Part shown: one piece after another, positions 8,688 to 11,081 of the stretch | Layout: each line of letters starts with the position of its first letter | Position numbering within the stretch: the first letter of the stretch is position 1 | Origin: Alteromonas sp. | GTDB taxonomy: Bacteria > Margulisbacteria > Marinamargulisbacteria > UBA6595 | Length of the DNA: 11,081 nt | Direction of reading: 5' to 3' | Assembly: GCA_964220215.1 (NCBI GenBank) | Contig: CAXPTH010000015.1 | Location: forward strand, 1 to 11,081 | Notes under the pieces: generated by a model | Database searches by the model: none | Seen by the model: the letters and a program-made list of their open reading frames with translations, nothing else | Told to the model about the DNA's origin: nothing | Program-made: the position numbers and the translations under genes

Positions 8688-8741
8688 CAAGTTTGATTTA
8701 TGATAATACGGCCGTACGTTAACGCCGTTGAGGGTGTCTAA
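8685..8741 (-). pseudogene. Orphan diverged copy of the DUF2237 gene 3' end
   Basis: Translates LDTLNGVNVRPYYHKSNL*, against LDTLEGIELQPYYQKHELL* at the end of the intact gene; 8701-8742 aligns ungapped with 9118-9159 at 32/42 nt. Confidence 0.85.
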
Positions 8742-8742
8742 C
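8731..8742. repeat. 12-bp direct repeat AGGGTGTCTAAC, left copy (putative att core)
   Basis: Identical to 9148-9159; similarity ends abruptly after 8742/9159. Confidence 0.85.
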
Positions 8743-8787
8743 TTGACTTTCTGAATTCCAGTTGCTTGAGTCTTTATCAGTAACATA

Positions 8788-8816
8788 TTGCCCAATCAAT
8801 ATAAATTTTGTAAGAT
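8788..8816 (+). promoter_or_regulatory. Sigma70 promoter for the small-peptide transcript
   Basis: TTGCCC (8788-8793), 17-nt spacer, TAAGAT (8811-8816); predicted start near 8822. Confidence 0.65.
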
Positions 8817-8904
8817 TAAAATCAGTCGGTTAAAACCTGACGACAATGAGCTGGCTTTCGCCACACCTCAACAACACATTTATATGGTTTAGGAGGTGAT
8901 GATC

Positions 8905-9018
8905 ATGCTAGAAAAGATTATTAAGTATCTATGTTCAGTATTACTGATACTAAAATTAGCTTTAAGAATCTTAGAAGAACTGGCATTGACCTTAGAAGCT
9001 TTAGCCAGTTTCTTCTGA
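8905..9018 (+). CDS. 37-aa hydrophobic amphipathic peptide, candidate type I toxin: MLEKIIKYLCSVLLILKLALRILEELALTLEALASFF
   Basis: Below ORF-track cutoff. AGGAGGTGA SD at 8891-8899 with AGGAGG 8 nt before the ATG, upstream promoter, Leu-rich helix, anti-SD segments in both UTRs. Alternative in-frame ATG at 8899. Confidence 0.75.
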   Translation: MLEKIIKYLCSVLLILKLALRILEELALTLEALASFF

Positions 9019-9098
9019 ACAAAAATCCTGTTTCTCATTGGACAGGTAATGCTTCAAATGTACCAACCTAAACCCTTTTTTGTCCAGTTATTAGATCT

Positions 9099-9479
9099 CT
9101 AAAGTAGTTCATGTTTCTGATAATACGGCTGCAACTCGATGCCTTCAAGGGTGTCTAACGCTTGTTCATGCGTAGCGGTTGGGCGAATGGGTGGGGCGAC
9201 CCCGGCGTGATGGGCCTCTAGCCATCGGCTGGCGCATAAGCACCAGGTATCGCCCGGTTGCAACCCGGGAAAATCAAACTCGGGACGTGGTGTTTTTAGG
9301 TCGTTGCCCTGGGCTTCCGTAAAGTCCAGAAAGGCTTCGGTCATCACGGCGCAAACAACGTGAGCTCCGGTATCCAGGGCGTTGGTGTTGCAGTAGCCAT
9401 CTCTAAAAAATCCGGTACGGATATGGTGGCAGCATGGCTCTAGGGGCGTACCCAGGATATTGCGTGCGTTAGTGGGCAC
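9099..9479 (-). CDS. DUF2237 family protein
   Basis: NILGTPLEPC, TGFFRDGYC, D.GAHVVCA, FL.F...QGNDL.TPRPEFDFPGLQPGD.WCLCASRW.EA...GVAPP...ATH. GTG 9479 is a more plausible start than TTG 9503. Confidence 0.93.
   Translation of the reverse strand: MPTNARNILGTPLEPCCHHIRTGFFRDGYCNTNALDTGAHVVCAVMTEAFLDFTEAQGNDLKTPRPEFDFPGLQPGDTWCLCASRWLEAHHAGVAPPIRPTATHEQALDTLEGIELQPYYQKHELL
9148..9159. repeat. 12-bp direct repeat AGGGTGTCTAAC, right copy, inside the DUF2237 CDS
   Basis: Identical to 8731-8742. Confidence 0.85.
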
Positions 9480-9846
9480 GGGCGACTCGAATCCCGACGA
9501 CAACCACGCTTATCCAGGCCAGCATGATTAGGATTCCGCCCACTGGGGTGAGGGCCGTCCATTGGGGGGCGTTGGCGATGACCGCAGTGTAAATGCTGCC
9601 GCTAAAAAAGCCAGTGCTCAATACAAACAAATAGCCCGTATACGTTAAGTGAGTGCGAATGCTGGACGGTGGAGCGAGGGTGGCATACAGGCCGATGCTG
9701 GTGGATAGAATGGCGTATAGTTGGTGGTAGCGTAAGGCTGTCGCCATCATTGTCTGTTCATGAAGGGCTAGGGTAAGCCCGTGGTCAGCGTATGCGCCCA
9801 GCGCAACGGATGCAAATCCCAAGCAGGCACTGAGTATGATGAGCAT
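9469..9846 (-). CDS. DUF423 (YgdD/TMEM256) family membrane protein
   Basis: VALGAYADHGL, TALRYH, FFSGSIY, LTPVGGILIMLAW; ATG 9846 lies 2 nt after the upstream stop, so it is preferred to 9909. Confidence 0.9.
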   Translation of the reverse strand: MLIILSACLGFASVALGAYADHGLTLALHEQTMMATALRYHQLYAILSTSIGLYATLAPPSSIRTHLTYTGYLFVLSTGFFSGSIYTAVIANAPQWTALTPVGGILIMLAWISVVVVGIRVARAH

Positions 9847-9848
9847 GG

Positions 9849-10349
9849 TTAGTTGCTTGACTGAGTCCGAACTAACGGTGCCATTAAGGATCGCATCATG
9901 GTGCGCCATACGACACCCATGAGTGAATAAATAAAATTGGGCATGCGTTTGTGAATAAAGAAGGTTATTTCGGTGTTGATTTGTGTGGATTCGCCCGATT
10001 CGTTCAATTCAAAAATTAATGCTACGGGTCTAAATAGCCGAAATGTAACTATGTAGCTACCGTAAAAGTAGTCCATTTTTCGGTATGTGGGTGCATGAAC
10101 GGTGGAGAGAATGCCATTGGCAGATAATAAAGGGCCGTGATGATTGGTGTAGGTGCCTTCACAAAACGATGGGCGGTCTTGGCCGGGGGTTACGTATTCG
10201 ACTTTTGATAAATTCCAAAACGACCCTTGAAATGTGTTTATGTTGGATACATAGTCCCAACAGGTTGTGATGCTATTTTGGCATACATGAGACGATGTAA
10301 ACTTTTTTTCGCTAAAGTTGACCGGACATGGTTGTTTGTATGTGTGCAT
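9849..10349 (-). CDS. Hypothetical protein (possibly SRPBCC/START-like fold)
   Basis: 166-aa ORF co-oriented and abutting DUF423; WDYVSNINTF early helix and C-terminal helix loosely fit SRPBCC architecture; function not supported. Confidence 0.6.
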   Translation of the reverse strand: MHTYKQPCPVNFSEKKFTSSHVCQNSITTCWDYVSNINTFQGSFWNLSKVEYVTPGQDRPSFCEGTYTNHHGPLLSANGILSTVHAPTYRKMDYFYGSYIVTFRLFRPVALIFELNESGESTQINTEITFFIHKRMPNFIYSLMGVVWRTMMRSLMAPLVRTQSSN

Positions 10350-10394
10350 TTGATTGCACTAAAGTATCCCATGATTCGCTACGGGGGATCAACT

Positions 10395-10422
10395 CGATTG
10401 GGAAACTGCGATTGGGAAACTG
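10395..10422. repeat. Perfect 14-bp tandem duplication CGATTGGGAAACTG x2
   Basis: Copies at 10395-10408 and 10409-10422; third copy at 10600-10613. Confidence 0.9.
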
Positions 10423-10478
10423 ATTTCATATTCCGAACAACCCATTGAATTGTGATATTGGATTAAATCATAGATAAT

Positions 10479-10823
10479 ATGAGTATGGATTCTAATATTA
10501 TTTCATTGTCATTATTAACGCCCATACGAGATTGTTTGGATCAGGCACGTCATCATATTCAGCAATCGGTAAATCATGTAATGGTTGAAACATACTGGAC
10601 GATTGGGAAACTGATTGTTGAGCATGAGCAACACGGCCAGTATCGTGCTGAATATGGCAAACAACAATTGGAACAGCTATCTGCCATTTTAACAACCGAT
10701 TATGGGAAGGGGTTTGACCCACGAAACTTACGAAATATGCGGTTGTTTTACAGAGCGTTTCCAATTTGGAACGCAGTGCGTACCGAATTGAGTTGTCTAA
10801 AAAATCAAATTAGTAGGAGTTAA
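10479..10823 (+). pseudogene. DUF1016 (YhcG) N-terminal domain only, truncated
   Basis: VNHVMVETYWTIGKLIVEHEQ.G..RAEYG, LT.DYGKGF..RNLRNMR.FY..FP, WNAVRTELS; the usual LSW.HY continuation and the C-terminal PD-(D/E)XK nuclease domain are absent, replaced by CLKNQISRS*. Confidence 0.8.
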
Positions 10824-10826
10824 ACA

Positions 10827-11081
10827 ATGAATCATACATCACACAACAAATTAATTTCATTCATCTGGTCTATTGCAGACGATTGTTTGCGAGATGTTTA
10901 TGTCCGCGGAAAATATCGCGATGTTATTTTGCCAATGGTCGTTTTAAGGCGTCTCGATACTCTTTTGGAAGAGTCCAAAGATGCCGTTCTGGATGAGGTG
11001 AACTTTCAAAAGAATGAAATGAAATTTACAGAATTTGACCCTTCAGGGCTGACCAAGGCTTCTGGCTACGTTTTCTATAAC
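10827..11081 (+). CDS. hsdM: Type I restriction-modification methyltransferase subunit M, N-terminal part running off the window
   Basis: Not in ORF track. AGGAG SD at 10815-10819; MNHTSHNKLISFIWSIADDCLRDVYVRGKYRDVILPMVVLRRLDTLLE...ASGYVFYN is a typical HsdM N-terminal domain. Confidence 0.93.
   Translation, partial: MNHTSHNKLISFIWSIADDCLRDVYVRGKYRDVILPMVVLRRLDTLLEESKDAVLDEVNFQKNEMKFTEFDPSGLTKASGYVFYN

Larger units (their letters stand above)
8731..9159. mobile_element. Minimal integrated islet or remnant of an integrative element in the DUF2237 3' end (417-bp repeat offset)
   Basis: Flanking direct repeats, replacement 3' end for the target gene, interior visibly more AT-rich than comEC and DUF2237; no integrase present. 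Confidence 0.65.

Noticed and set aside
8837..8863. CTGACGA resembling a hammerhead ribozyme core
   Set aside because: No stem II followed by GAAA at the required position.
8736..9159. Integron cassette: both repeats begin with GTTAGAC (GTTRRRY) on the minus strand at the homology breakpoint
   Set aside because: No inverse core or attC hairpin found, no intI, and cassettes do not carry replacement gene ends; may be coincidence.
10395..10422. CRISPR array
   Set aside because: Repeats are 14 bp, adjacent with no spacers, and no cas genes are visible.
274..10764. Short overlapping or antisense ORFs in the track (e.g. 1739..2134 +, 4709..5041 +, 7276..7797 +, 7504..7956 -, 10498..10764 -)
   Set aside because: They overlap well-supported genes, lack recognisable motifs or RBS, and are best explained as shadow ORFs.

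Overview
Bacterial chromosomal window, almost entirely minus-strand genes. Left part (1-3442): a surface-glycan operon headed by a NifU/Nfu Fe-S carrier, followed by gmd, a GT11 alpha-1,2-fucosyltransferase interrupted by one in-frame TAA, a GDP-fucose synthase resembling the eukaryotic FX type, and the start of a DegT/ColD-like PLP enzyme. Middle: a putative glycosyltransferase, a tRNA-Arg with the uncommon GCG anticodon, a TIGR03545/TIGR03546 pair and comEC. Right: DUF2237, DUF423, a hypothetical protein, then on the plus strand a truncated DUF1016 (YhcG-N) gene and the start of a type I restriction-modification hsdM. The most interesting region, absent from the ORF track, is 8685-9159. A 417-bp AT-rich insert sits in the 3' end of the DUF2237 gene between 12-bp direct repeats, and a diverged second copy of the gene's 3' end lies beyond it. 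The insert holds a single expression unit: a sigma70 promoter, a structured leader, a strong SD and a 37-aa heptad-leucine amphipathic peptide, with 5' and 3' anti-SD segments. This resembles a type I toxin locus of a family I do not recognise. All family calls are from motif recognition by eye, not database searches.
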